NCBI GenBank assembly: GCA_003971905.1
Contig: RSEE01000058.1
Location: 186,001 to 250,000, forward strand
DNA from: Moniliella sp. 'wahieum'
Taxonomy: Eukaryota
Reading direction: 5' to 3'
DNA: 64,000 bases
Both the position numbers and the translations under genes were made by a program. How positions within the stretch are numbered: the stretch's first letter is position 1; each line of letters begins with the position of its first letter. The notes under the pieces are model-generated. The model did no database searches and was not told the DNA's origin. It saw nothing but the letters and a program-made list of their open reading frames with translations. Below are positions 26,635-39,553 of this stretch, in pieces.

Positions 26635-27560
26635 GCCCTGAGCCCTGAGCCTTCAGCCTGAAGTTCACGGCTCTCCTTTCTTTTTCCTCTACTGAGCTTC
26701 ACGGATCTTCCTGCCTGCCTTCTTCCTTGTTGCTTCTTACCTTACGACCTTTGTGCTTGATTCCCCCTCCCCCCCCTCTTTCCGCTTTCTCTTTTGTCTT
26801 TCTTCTGCTTACTCCTGTGTACTTGGGTCTACTTGGGTCGGGCCCACTTCACCCCCGCGCCTCTCTCTTGCGTCTGTTCAATGCCCCCTCAACATTGAGT
26901 TGGACGTTCAGCCCAGCCCAGCCCCCGATCCTACCCGATCCTACCCGATCCTGCCCGGTCCTATACCGGTCCTCACAACCCCATCCAACCCATTCCGGTC
27001 CTATCCTATCCATGCCAATCCAATCCGATCCAAGCCAATCTACCTCAGCCTCCAACCCTCTCCCAGCCAACCCAAGCCAACCCCCTCCACTTTTCGGGCC
27101 GCTATTTAATCACGCATTTTGCTCTGTTCCTTCTGTGTGTGCCTTGCGGGTGGGTGCGATGCGAATGCGCACCTCCCACTTTTCAGATGGGCCAACTAGG
27201 TGTGCCGTTCGTGGAGGAAAGTGCTGAGGCTGTTCGGTTGCTCCCTCCCTGTTGCTGGTAGACATGTGTAGAGGGAGGCCGCGTACGCTGGGACGGGTGG
27301 GATTTGGCTCGGGGGCAGTGTACTTGCTGTGTGCTGGGGGCGGGAGTTAAGCTTTAAGGCAAAGGACTGAGTCTCAGTACTGACTGGAGGACCGGAGGGC
27401 GGAGTAGCATGGAGTGAAATTTCAATGGCTATTCCGGGCGGGGCCACCTACAATTCCGCCGGCGCACGCGTCGTCAGTCGCTCGGCCCCAGCGGCATCCC
27501 CTAGGCCCAGGCCCAACTGCCACCTGCACCGCTACCACCTTTCCCCCCGCCTTCTGCACC

Positions 27561-28542
27561 ATGTTGTCCGTGCTCAAGCAGCTCAACGGCCCCGCCCGCT
27601 CCACCAGCGCAGACGCCATCCAGGCCCCCTCACTGGCATCGACTCCTTCTCCTGCCCTCCCACGACCCGGCTGGCTTCCTCGCCGACTACACTGACAACG
27701 ATTCCTCCAACCCCAATGCCCGTATCAAGCTCGCTCACGGCACCACCACCCTCGCCTTCCGCTTCCAGGGCGGCATCATCGTTGCGGTCGACTCGCGTGC
27801 CACAGCTGGATCGTACGTTCTTCCCCCTCCGTTTTGCTGCGCTCGGTAGCAACCGCCTCCCCCCCCCCCCGCCTGCTGACAAGGAATCGAATCTGGTGGC
27901 TTGGATGGACAGGTACGTGGCTTCAGGCACGGTCAAGAAGGTGATCGAGATCAACCCTTACCTCCTGGGCACAATGGCGGGTGGTGCGGCCGACTGCTTT
28001 TACTGGGAGACCAAGTTGGGCGTGCAGTGCCGGTTGCACGAGCTGCGCAACGGCGAGGATCTCGGTGGCGGCCGCATCCAAGTACCTGAGCAACTGGTGT
28101 ATGGGTACAAGGGTATGGGTCTTTCGATGGGCACGATGATTTGTGGGTGGGACAAGACGGGTCCGGCTCTGTTTTACGTGGACTCGGATGGATCGCGGTT
28201 GAAGGGAGACTTGTTCTCCGTCGGGTCCGGATCGACGTTTGCCTATGGCGTACTGGACCAAGGGTACCGTTGGGACTTGACTGATGCCGAGGCCCAGGAG
28301 CTCGGACGGCGGTCGATTTATGCGGCCACGCATCGGGATGCGTATTCCGGCAACTCGATCAACCTCTACCATGTGCGCGAGAATGGGTGGGAGTTTATCA
28401 ACAACTACATTGTCCAGGACTTGCACTACAATGGTGCCGGCTCGGCGCTCGGCTCGGACGGAAAGCCATATGGTTACGAGGTGGTCAACGAGGGAAAGAC
28501 GAGCTCCCTGGCTCCTGAACAGGCCGCCGAAACGGCTGCCTA
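27561..28542 (+). CDS. PRE2: 20S proteasome subunit beta-5 (chymotrypsin-like) with propeptide
   Basis: [31 protein letters not shown], intron ~27813-27912, then [47 protein letters not shown]. Confidence 0.97.
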
Positions 28543-28786
28543 AACGTGCCAAATTCAAGTCCCCCTGTGAAGAAGGCTGGTGAGGTGGGTGTGTGGCTGG
28601 GGTGCATCCGCAGTAGATAGCGGCGTGGCATGGCGTGGTGTTGGCAGTCGGGGAAAGGTGAGAGCATAGAAGGGAACGTAGACGGGCGGAAAGGACATGG
28701 GTTTGGCATCCGTGGCTGGCGGTGAACGGCTTGAAGCGTGAAGCTTGATTGCTAGTGCAAGAGGGGGGGATGTCAGAGGCCAGTGA

Positions 28787-28824
28787 TTAATGGTTACCGG
28801 TTACCGGTTAACGGTTAACGGTTA
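28787..28824. repeat. 7-bp period array (TTA-N4)x6
   Basis: TTA ATGG TTA CCGG TTA CCGG TTA ACGG TTA ACGG TTA, upstream of the LCB kinase gene. Confidence 0.9.
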
Positions 28825-29093
28825 ACGAAACGGCCGGCACAGCAGGGCGGAATCGACGGCGATCCTAGGCAGATCCACTGCGCGTTGCGCGCGTTACAAC
28901 GTAGAAATTCCTGCCCAGGCCAGAGTACCCAGTTAGTGAGTGGGCTAATGCGGCGCTGTCGCTTCCTTCTTGGAGCTTCTCCACCACCTGCCTACCTCCA
29001 CCTCTCCCTGCCACCCTCCCTGTCACCTCTCCCTGCCACCTCTCCCTCACCGCGATCCTTCTCAACCCTCTCTTCTTTCGCTAGCCCGGACCT

Positions 29094-31182
29094 ATGGCAG
29101 AGCCTAGCGTTCCCACGTCTCCCGAACCGGGCCCCACCAATGGTGCACCAACTGCTTCTCCCCGTGCGGCCGAGGAAGCAGCCCTGCACTCTCTCCCAGT
29201 GCGGGTGGATGGAAAAGCGGCTCAACTCGTGATGGACGACGAACTGCTGTACGTCTTTCGCGGCGCGCCGAGCGTTGCTTCCAAGCTCACATGGACTCGT
29301 ACGTCTCCCCCCCCCCCCCCCTCCCCCCTACGGCGCAACGAGGTGCGCAAGCTTCCCCACCGAATCACTAACGTTCCTCTAGCCTCGCTGCTGGACCAAG
29401 TTGCCATTGCCGTGCCGCACTTTTTGGTGCTCAACACATCAGTCGTAGACGATGTGGATGGGGCGACGCTGTTGATCCGTACCCTGGCCCCACGCCCAGG
29501 GAGCAAAAAGTGACCACGTGGTTGAAACAGCGTGTGCTGGCTGCGCCTCGGCCTGCGTCGAGTGGCGCGCCTTCCCACGTGCTCTGGACGGGGGACGAAA
29601 GGGTACGCCAGTTGTTGACTGGACCGTTTGCTAAGCTGCGTCTGGTCACCATCGAGGCACGCGTGGCCCCCAGTGACGTGGAGGCCGCCAAGCAGTTTTC
29701 TACCACGTGTTTTGCTCGCGCCTATGTCTCGCCCGTGACGGGCCAACGGATTCAGCCGTACCGCAAACTTCGCGTGCTGATCAACCCCCATGGCGGGCCG
29801 GGCAAGGCACGCCAAGAATGGCAGGGCAAAGTACGTCCCATCCTGGAAGCGGCCGGGTGCCAAGTGACCACGACGATCACTACCCATCGCAATCACGGGC
29901 TGGAAATTGTCATGTCGGAAAAAGAGTTGGGGACAAGTACGATGCGTTGCTGAGTGTGTCGGGGGACGGGATGATGCATGAGATCTTGAATGGCCTGGCG
30001 GCACGGGAGGACGGGAAGATGTGCTGAACAAGATTGCTGTGGTGCCCATTCCGACGGGCAGTGGGAACGCTGCGAGTGTCAGCTTGCTCGGGCCCGTGCA
30101 GGGCTTCAACTTGGCCCAGGCGGCATTGAATGCGATCAAAGGTCATTGGCTCGATATGGAAATTTGCGTCGTGACGCAACCCGTCCAGGCGGCCAAGACG
30201 TCCGCCCACCTGCAATCCATGCTCGACCTGGTTCGCTCCGCACAGGGACCCAACGGCGCCCGCCGCGTCGAGCAGGACGAAAAGAACGGATTCGTACGCT
30301 ACTACTCGTTCCTCTCCCAGGCTGTCGGCTTGATGGCCGACCTGGACATTGGAACGGAACATCTTCGCTTGTTGGGGGACACGCGCTTCGTCTATGGCTA
30401 CTTGCAAGGGCTCGTGCTCAATGGCCGTACCCCCGTCACGGTCGATGTCAAAATGGGAGCGAGCGGGACGGTGAATCGGGCCGAGATGCGAAAGCGGGTG
30501 CAAGAGCACCAGACCGCTTCGTCGCATCAGCACCAGCCTTGGCCGGAACTGGAGGAGGAAAATGAAATGGAACGACGAAGGGGTACTTCGGACCCTGTTC
30601 CTTCCTCCGCCAAGGGCATGCTCCACTTGGACCATGGCACGGTCCTAGACGCCCTGGGGGACGACGCACTACCTTCGCTCGACCTGGCTGACCCGTCTTG
30701 GTCCCCATCGCAAACGTTTTTGGCTGGGTCGGCGCAGAAGGCCGCAGGGCCGGCGCAGCACCAGGATGGGCTCGACTGCGCAAACCTATCTCGAGCTTGT
30801 ATGCGGGCAAACTTCCGTATGTGGGACGGGACCTGCTGCAGTTCCCCTATGCGGTGGCAGGGGACCACTTGCTGGATGTGGCGCGCGCTGATGCTGCACG
30901 AGGGCGGGCGGATGGGCAAGGTGCGGGCGATCAACGGGGCAGAGACGGGGGAGGTGGTGTACGATAAGAGCTTGGCCTATGCCAAGGTACAAGCACTCCG
31001 CGTCACACCCACCTTGCCCGCGGGCCACACCAAGTTGAAACGCTGGGATCATCTCGATTGATGGAGAACGCGTGCCCTATGCGCCGTTCCAGGTGGAGGT
31101 GGCCAAAGATACCCAGCTGCGCACCCTGTCGCTCTACGGCAACTTTTTCATGGAGCACCACTACCCGGCGCAGGACGCGTGA
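29094..31182 (+). CDS. Sphingoid long-chain base kinase (Lcb4/5-like, DAGK catalytic domain)
   Basis: RKLRVLINPHGGPGKA, SVSGDGMMHEILNGL, IPTGSGNA, GLMADLDIGTEHLRLLGDTRF, SIDGERVPYAPFQVEV. Probable intron at 29299-29381. Confidence 0.92.
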
Positions 31183-31844
31183 GACGACGCATCCTATCCT
31201 GCTATCCCTCTATCCAGAATGGGCGTCCAGTGGGGCGGATGGACAAGGACGATTGAATGCACATTATGCAGCACGCATCCTTGGGTCGCTGGGCGGGGGG
31301 GGTTAGTCAAACCGTGACTGGGAGATGGCCGGGCAGAGCGGGTGGTTGTACTTCATGGCCCGCGGCCTAGGACGAATGGAGCAAGGGAGGGATGGAGCGT
31401 CAACATTCAATGACGGATGGTGGGCCGCGCGCAGCAGCACCAAAAAAGTATTTTGTGCCGGCAGGAGCTGCCATCCAGCGCGTGTGGCGCACAGCGGCGC
31501 CCTGCCTGGGAGCACATGCCGATCCCTGATCGTCGATCAGATGGATCAATATCAATGCCAATATGAAGAGTCCCCATAGCGCCTCGAGGATGGGCGTGGA
31601 TTGGATGGGGTTCGATTGAGTTGCAGGGCACCGATCCACCCCACTCGGCCCCACCTGGGGCGGCAGGCAGCGCATTCCTTCCCATGCGCGCCTTGGTCCC
31701 GTTGGGGTTGCGCGCGCGCCGGGGCTGTTGGGCCCCCCCCCCCTGCGCCGTTCCCGTTGGGGCGCCGCGCGGCCAGGCCGACTGACGACCGCATCCACTG
31801 TGCTTCCCGCGCTGTCCTCCTCCTCCCCCCCCTCCTCCTCCACC

Positions 31845-34126
31845 ATGTGTCTGCCCACATCCCCCGCCACGCCTCCCTTCGACGAGCCGCTGCCCTCAGA
31901 CTCGTCCCAGCTGCGCCACGCCCGCCACACCCTCCAGCAGCACGATAGTCGGCTGGCCCTGGCCGCCCGCCTCGCCTTGGCTCTCGCCCACCCCTCCTCC
32001 GACTACACCGTCGACCAGGCCAGCCAGCATGCAGCCCCTCCCCCTGCCACCTGGCCAGGACGAGTGCCGCCAAGCTGTGCCCACACCCATCCCCCCTCTC
32101 CCTCTGCTCGGCCTCTGACGCTGTGCACCAAGACGACTACTTCTCCTGCCCCCGTCGACACGGGAGACCCTCGCTGCTGGTGCCAAGCTCAGGCCAGGGA
32201 ATAGCAGCACTTCAGATCTCAGCTCTACCTCCGATGCGTGCCTTTCCCCGCCGTGTACGAGGAAGGGCGGTACATGCGCCGTGGCCTGCGGATCCAGGCC
32301 ATCCGTCAGGCATGCAGCACGGCTGGGACGAGGTGGAACATGCACAAGCACGCGAGATGCAGATGTACCGTCGTCTGCTCGCCCTGGGGGAAGAGAAACG
32401 ATCGGTTGCTCGAACAGATCGAGACGTTTGCCCAAGTGGCGCACGAGGAACGGGTAAGGAATGCAAGCCAGGTACTCACTTTGGACCGTGCCCTAAAGAC
32501 GGCACAGAAAGAGTTGGACGCTGTCCTATGTCGCAACGCTGAGTTGGAACATGGCATCCAGCCTCCCTCCCTGCTTTGCCAACAAGACCCCTGCCGCCAA
32601 GACCCCCGCCCAATTGGCTCCATGCCGGATCCACTCACGATGTTGGATTCACCACGGTGCTGGGACGAGTGCGAAACGAGCTCGCTAGAGTGGGGCTCGA
32701 AACCCAGTTCATCCGCTCCCATGTCGCCCATGTCTCCCATGTCTCCCACGTCTCCCATGTCGGGGCAGCAGGCCACCTCGTCGAAGCCTTTACCTCTGCA
32801 CCCTCCCAACCAACACGACTTGCACCCGCCTTGTCCGTTTCGGTCCAATGTGACGAGTGCCTCTGCCTCTGCCCTTCTCACTCCGCTCCAATACCGACCG
32901 CCGACGTACACGTACACGTACAAGTTTCCCGTCTGAGGGCGAAACTGGCCGAGCTCGAGTTGGCCAACCAAGCGTTATTGCGATGGAGAACTGCCCACCC
33001 TCTACGTCTCCCTCGACGGACGATGGGTCTTGGAAAAAGACCCACAGGGCCACACAGTTTCCGGCATCACCGTCTCTTCTACCCAGACCTGATCGCCTCC
33101 CAAGACAAGCAACTGGAGCCAAAGGAGCAAGAGGAGGCAGAGGATGCAGAGGAGCCAAAGGAGAGCAAAGGAGCAAGAGGAGCAAGAGGAGCAAAGAAAG
33201 AAACAGAGCTTGATGCCACCCTTTTTTCCCCTTTGCACGCCACCATGTGGATCACAACAGGACCTACTCCTACCCGAACCGTGCCAGCGCACGTGCTCGA
33301 CGCGCTTTGCCAACATACCCGAGCCGAGGACAAACAAGACTGGAACGATGGTACAAGGCCACGAGCAGCACAACAACCGGGTCGAATCAACGCGACCGTC
33401 TGATATGCGAGCTTGGACCACACTACCCACGCTGCCCACACTACCCACACATCCCGCGCTTCGTGCCCTCGACAGACCGGACGAGGGACACCCGTACCAC
33501 GTGTACACCCGACGGAGGCACCCGAGCCGAGACCGAAGCCGAGGCCGAGACGGTGGTAGCGTCGCATACGAGGCGGTACGGTGCTGGGCACGATCGACGT
33601 ACCTCTACCTCTGACTTGGCGGACGATGAAGATTATGGTCAACACCTTCTGTCACAGAGCTGCGCCGCCTCGCACTTGTTTCCCCCTGCACCAGTGACAC
33701 TAGCGACTCCTGCAACACCTGCAACACCTGCGACACCTGCGACGCGAGCGACACCAGCGACGCCAGCAACACCAGCGACACTAGTGTCGCAAGTAGGAGC
33801 GTCGTTGGTGCGCACCCTCGTTGCTCCGTATTCCCTCCCCCACCGAGGCCCGTGCAGATGAGATGCAGCAGAAGGAAGAGCAAGAGCAAAACAAAGAGAA
33901 GAACAAAGAGAAGAACGAAGAGCAGAACAAAATGGAGGAAGAGGAAGAGGAAGAATTGATCAGGCTGAACCAGCTAGGCGACTGGACTACTTTGACTTCG
34001 GTCCTGCTCTGTGCAGGAATATTATGTTGGTGTACGTCCCCCCCCCTGTCCTTCCCCTCGCGCCGGTATGCATCCAGCCAGCATCGCATATCTCATGGAT
34101 CACATGGCACTGTCACGCGTGTCTGA
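31845..34126 (+). CDS. Hypothetical coiled-coil/low-complexity protein with possible C-terminal membrane anchor
   Basis: Successive + strand ORFs with heptad-like segments (LQQHDSRLALAARLALAL; NDRLLEQIETF..LKTAQKELD; LRAKLAELELAN) and a final hydrophobic stretch WTTLTSVLLCAGILCW. Family unknown and the stitching is uncertain. Confidence 0.45.
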
Positions 34127-34820
34127 CCCCGACTCCCGCTTCCCAATACCCGCTTCCCTGACCCGCGTGGCACGGCACACGAACCGCTGGCTTGCCTCGC
34201 TCCTGTCCCGTGTTCGTGTTGGTGCGCACAGTCGAGGTCCACGCCTTCTGTTCGCTCCCCCGCGCACAACGCACATCCTAACGATCAATCGATCAATACG
34301 ACCAAATACGATCAATCTCACGATCTCACGCATCGCACGATCTCACGATATCACTCAACCGGCAACCACCAACGTAGGGTTCTCTCCGTCGGAGGTTTCC
34401 TTTTCGTTTCTCTGGTTTGCCTAGGTTGTAGGTTGGGCTCTCAGAGGGATCTACTGATCTCAGAATGAGATCTCAGATCTCAGATCTCACGCCGCACGCA
34501 CGTTGCGCGCGCGGATATATATGCCCTGGAACGGTGCTGTTTAGTGCTAAGGCTTACTAGCGCTTAGCGCTTAGCGTTCATGCATCGTCCAGATAGCTAT
34601 GCACACCGAGCAGGGCGGCGTGTGGGTGCGACACAAGTACAACAGACTGATCAGACATTATATGGATAGTCCCCTGCGTGCCAACCAAACCGAAACCGAA
34701 ACCGAAACCGGAACAGAACAACGAGATCTGAGAAACCCAGCCAAAGCAAGGAGAACAGACCGGGAGGCGGCAAGTAAGAAAAGACAAAAGACAAAAGAAC
34801 AAAGCAAAACAAAAAGAGGG

Positions 34821-36905
34821 CTACGGTTGCGCCACGCCGTTGCTCGTGCTGGATAGTGCAGGTGGCGGGAGAGGGTATGGGAACGGATAAGGTTGAGGTT
34901 GGGAATGAGCTTGAGGTTGGGAATGAAGTTGAGGTTGAGGTTGAGGTTGGGGAGGGAGGCAGGGGAATCCGACGGCAAAGGCAACGACGGCAAAGGCAAC
35001 GACGGCAAAGGCAACGACGATAAGGGTAAAGGGGATAAACTAGTCGAGGGAGAAACAGGTGGAAAAGTGGGTGGTAGCCGCACTGCTCAATGCGGTGGCC
35101 GAGGACAGTGCGGTAGTAGAACACGGTGAAAAGAATGTCGCGCTCGAGAGAGGCGGCGAGCGCGAACGCCCAGCCGCAAGCGCAGGCCAGCGCAAGGTGA
35201 ACACTGCACATGTAAACTCGGTCGAGATCCTCGCCCCGCCCCCCACTCCCGTGACGAGGGCGCAACAAGAGTTGGGTCGGCAGCGCGGTGCAGGTCCAAG
35301 TGGCGTTCGGGAGGTTCGTGCGGAGGTTCGGGGTGGGGTTCCACGTCTGAGTCTCGGTCTCGGTCTGGGTCTTGCTCTTGTTCTGCTATCCTCTCTTTCT
35401 CCCCCTGGGTCAGCAGTCCCTTGCGACCATCAGAGATGGGCTCCATCGGTCCGAGCTGCGAACAAGAAGCGCTCGACGGGAAGCCCAGGTCGGGATCAGG
35501 GTCGGGATCAGGGTCGGGGTCGGGGTCAAGATCGGGGTCTGGGTCCGGGTCGGGATCAGAAAGCGCATCGTCCGAAGGGGTCAAGCCTAACCGTTGTTCC
35601 AGCGCCATGAGTTCGGCGACAAAGGCCAAGTTGGGACAGGCGACCGGACGACGAGCCAAGACGTAGTGGTACGCGTCGCGCCAGGCACGGTGTTGGCTGT
35701 GCATCAGGTAGGCAATGGCTACCAGTACGCTCCGACTTTGGCCGGCTTTGCAGTGAACGTAGGTCTTGCTCTGCGTGCTTGCGCTTCGTCTGCCGTAGCA
35801 AAGCGCAGAAGGTACACAGTGTCAGGTGTCAAGTATCAAGTGTCAGTTCTTTCCTTTTCCCTTCTGCATCGGCCCTGTCCAAGTTTCCCCCTTTTGCCCT
35901 TCGCCCCCGCCTCGGGTAAAGGGGAAGGGCTTGAGTCGCAGGGTCCCCCCGGAGAGAAGGTACCACGGCCGACTCGGCCCGTAGCTACCACGTCCCCGGA
36001 CCAAGAACAAGAACAAGAAAAAGAAGAACAAAAAATAAAGAAAGAACGAGAGAAAAACGTACCTAAAAACGCACATGCGCGCTCGATGCTTTCTTGAATA
36101 TGAACTCTTGAGCCTGCACTGTATCCTGCAACGGAATGTGGAGGTACGCCTCGACGCGCTGGTGCAGTTCCAACCGACCCGACCCGCCCCATGGCACTTC
36201 CTGCGCCATATTCACAATTCGACGAATGCCCACCGCCTCCAACGCTCCCAGTCCGCTTCACACGTCACGTCCGGCCCCACATACAGAAACGAAGGCACAA
36301 TGCAACTGATGCCCCCTGCGCTGGCGAACGTAACCCAGGATGCACACCAGCCACCTCGTCACTCCACCCCCCGTCGTCCCCCGCATCACGGTACGTGGGT
36401 ATGTCGGGATCGGTGGCGGTGGCAGCAGCGGTGGCAGTAGTAGCAGCAGCGGTGGGAAAGCACGTGGGGGGGCGCACGATCGCAGGTGCCGAAAGAGTAG
36501 AAAACATGCTCCCCCTGCCCGTGCCAGAGGGGGAGGTGTTGAGCTGCGCAAGCGAAGGGCGCGAACGTGGGCGTGAGCGTAGATACGGACATGGATAGGG
36601 ATATGGATATGGAACTGGTTGGGCAGGAGGGTGGAGAGGGCGAGCGGGAGACGTGGCCCAGCCTCACGCAACGGCAGCCCAAGAGGCATCAGAGCAGGAG
36701 GAGGTGGCGGAGCACCTCGCTCAGAGGCCGGACAAGATGGGACACTGGGATCTGCCTCGGGTGGCTGTGCTTGCTCTCGTGTGCGGTGGCTGGGGTCGGG
36801 GTCGGGGCGGAGATGAGGGTGGCTCGGCGGGCAGTCTGGCGGGGGCGCGGTGGGAGAGGGAGAGGAGGCGGGCCACGTGGGGCGCAGCGGGCTGGAGGGC
36901 GGCAT
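34821..36905 (-). CDS. Dual-specificity (MAP kinase-type) protein phosphatase
   Basis: Catalytic loop KTYVHCKAGQSRSVLVAIAYLMH and AYHYVLARRPVACPNLAFVAELMALE, with an upstream YLHIPLQD general-acid loop. Intron ~35791-36062. Termini approximate. Confidence 0.88.
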
Positions 36906-39477
36906 GCGGGTGGGGGGCAGGCTGGGGGTGGTGGGGGGTCGGGGGAGGGGGCCATGCGACGTGTGAGATGGGAGCGCAGGGGGACGCACAGCGGTCGTCA
37001 CGCATGGAGGATGGATGGCGGGAGGGCGTGGCTGTGCGCTGGGCATAATACTTGCTATTCGCTCCGCCAGTCGTCAGCGCAGGGCCAGCATCACCCAGCG
37101 GCGGACCTCCGGCGCCCCCCGGCCGCCGGGCGCGAGTGTCGTCGGGGCCGCGCCGGCCGAGCAAGGCGTCGCACCAGTGCCAGCCGCAGCGGACCACAGC
37201 CGACCACAGCGGACCTCCGCAGCCGCCTGCGCGAACACTGCCATCTCAGATCTCACAGCGCAGTGCCGTGCATCGCCCCGCACCACACCAGTCTACCCGG
37301 TGCTTTGTTCGCCACTTACTAGTTACTCGCTCTGCCACAGCCAAGCGCAGCGTGTCCACCGCCATCCCGAATTGATCTCACTATTCACTCTCATTCGTCA
37401 TCGCGTCATCCATCTACCACAGCTTGCCGCGTTCCGCTAGCCCTCTCCTCGCTCGGCCGCCACCGGAACCCCCTACCTTCCCCGCCCCGCCCGAGAGCAA
37501 CCCCCGTAAGAGTGGCGCTTGTTCGTGCTCCCGCTTGCGCCCGCTTCGCCCGCCGCTCGTCACATGCATCACATGCATCACATGTCACATGTCACATGCA
37601 CCACCTGCCACAGCCGCGGCGCAGCCGGGCCCGAGACGTCCATGGAGTCTGCGCTCCGCCACTGCCATACTAGTCACTAGCTTCACTATAGCCACTACGT
37701 GACTGCGATCATGTGGCCCTCGCGCGCCTCGCCAGTGTGGGCCGCACGCAGGCAAAAAGCATGCGTGTTCCACATTTGCATGCACTGGTTATCAGCACGC
37801 GCGCCATTACCTCGGAAACTTGTAACATTAACATCCGAGGGCCAAGGCTCGTAACGCTGTGGGCGCTTGGCGCTTGGCGGTGCAGGCGCCGCAGCGTCCA
37901 CTGCAACGGTGAGTACTCAGAATGAGTACTCAGACTGAGTCCTGTATCGGATCCAGTCCGGACATAGTATGGCTTGAATTTTCCGGCGATTCAATCTTCA
38001 ATATTCAATCTGCCTTGGATCGGAGCTTGGCGCCCCAACGCCGCACACGCTCTTGTCCACGCTCCGCTCCAAAGCAACTCGGGTGGGTTGGTACGTGTAC
38101 GTGTACGAGAGAGAGAGAAGCGTGGGCCGGAGGATGCGTGTCCAGCGAGGCCCTCTCCCTGGCACTCCGGCGATCGGAACGCCCTGCCCCGCGCTTCCCC
38201 GACTGGCCGGATCCCGGGTACCGGCGGGTACCAGCTGGTTGCCTACTCTCTCAGACTTCCCCTAAGCTTCAAGCTTCAAGCTTCCAGTCTCGCGCTCGCC
38301 TATCCCTTCCACAATGCGCGTGTCTGCCTTTGGCCAGCCCACGTTTGCAAGTAACTAATGATCGCGGTAATCAGTAACTAGTAACTGGTAACGTTAGTTT
38401 TATAGGTTGGCGGCTCGCGCGGAGAGGTGCCTGCTAGTGTATAAGCGCGAACCACGAATTGGTAATCCTCGTGTGGCTCTCTGACAGTTCGCTTTTCGAG
38501 CAGTTAAACTCCGCAGCTCTGTCATTGTGCTCGGACCACACTCGTACTCATTGGCAGTGCTTATACTCTCAGTATACTCCGTATGCTCAGTGTCCAGTAT
38601 TCCACCGTGCTCTGTGCTTCGAACGACTCTATCGATACCCATTGTGGTCTCGTAGGCCTCACACACCATACAGCGCCACGCCACCCTGGACCACAAGAAC
38701 CGATCCGTCAAAGAGAGTGGCAGACACTACTATAACGTGCTGGTTGTCATGGGTGCGCCCCGACCTGGAGCCCAACCCACGGATTCGGCGTGCTTTCCCT
38801 TGAAGGAGAGCGCATTCGTGCTCACGGTGATCGAGCTTGGGTCCTACTGGCGGATGCGAGCGGAGTTAGAGATCGTAAGGAGATGGGGTTACAAAATGAC
38901 CGCTAGGGAAGAACAAAGAAAGAAATGAAGTTATACTCAGACAGATGAACTTTAAGGAAGCAAAAACAGAACCGTATAGAACGAGGAAGGAATAAAGCCA
39001 AATGGCTCTCAAAGTGGTACAGATCAAGTAGGGAAAGGTTGACAGGCTCCTACGAACAGGAACAGCCAAACACCAAAAATCCAAAGCAAGGAGCAGATTC
39101 TCGCCCTCTTCAGCGCCAACGTAAAAAGGCATGATGCATGACGTGATGAGGGAGAATCTCGAACGAGAAAACGAGAACGACGCCCGGATCAGGAAACGGA
39201 CGTTGAGATCCGGCCAGCTCAACTTAGAGCTCTCTCACTTGCGCTCAAGACCATCAAAGGCCAAATGATTCAAGTAGAACGAAATCAGAAATCAGTAGCG
39301 GTATCTAGTAGGAGGGACTCCAAGTCACGCACGCTCTCTCTCAGTTGTACTACGGAAGGGACTCGGATCTCGGTCGCCCAGGTCGATTAAGCAAACGTGC
39401 TGCGTTTCCAGCGCAAATGAAACGGAGGGAGAGTAGAGGGTTGGTTAGGCGAGCCATCAGCCCGCAGGAAGACCCGT

Positions 39478-39553
39478 AACACTAAACACCTAACACTTAA
39501 CACTTAAACATAACTTAAACACTTAACACTTAAACACTTAAGTACTTAACACT
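39478..39553. repeat. AT-rich 7/8-bp tandem array (TTAACAC/TTAAACAC)
   Basis: taacacttaacacttaaacataacttaaacacttaacacttaaacacttaagtacttaacact. Confidence 0.85.
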
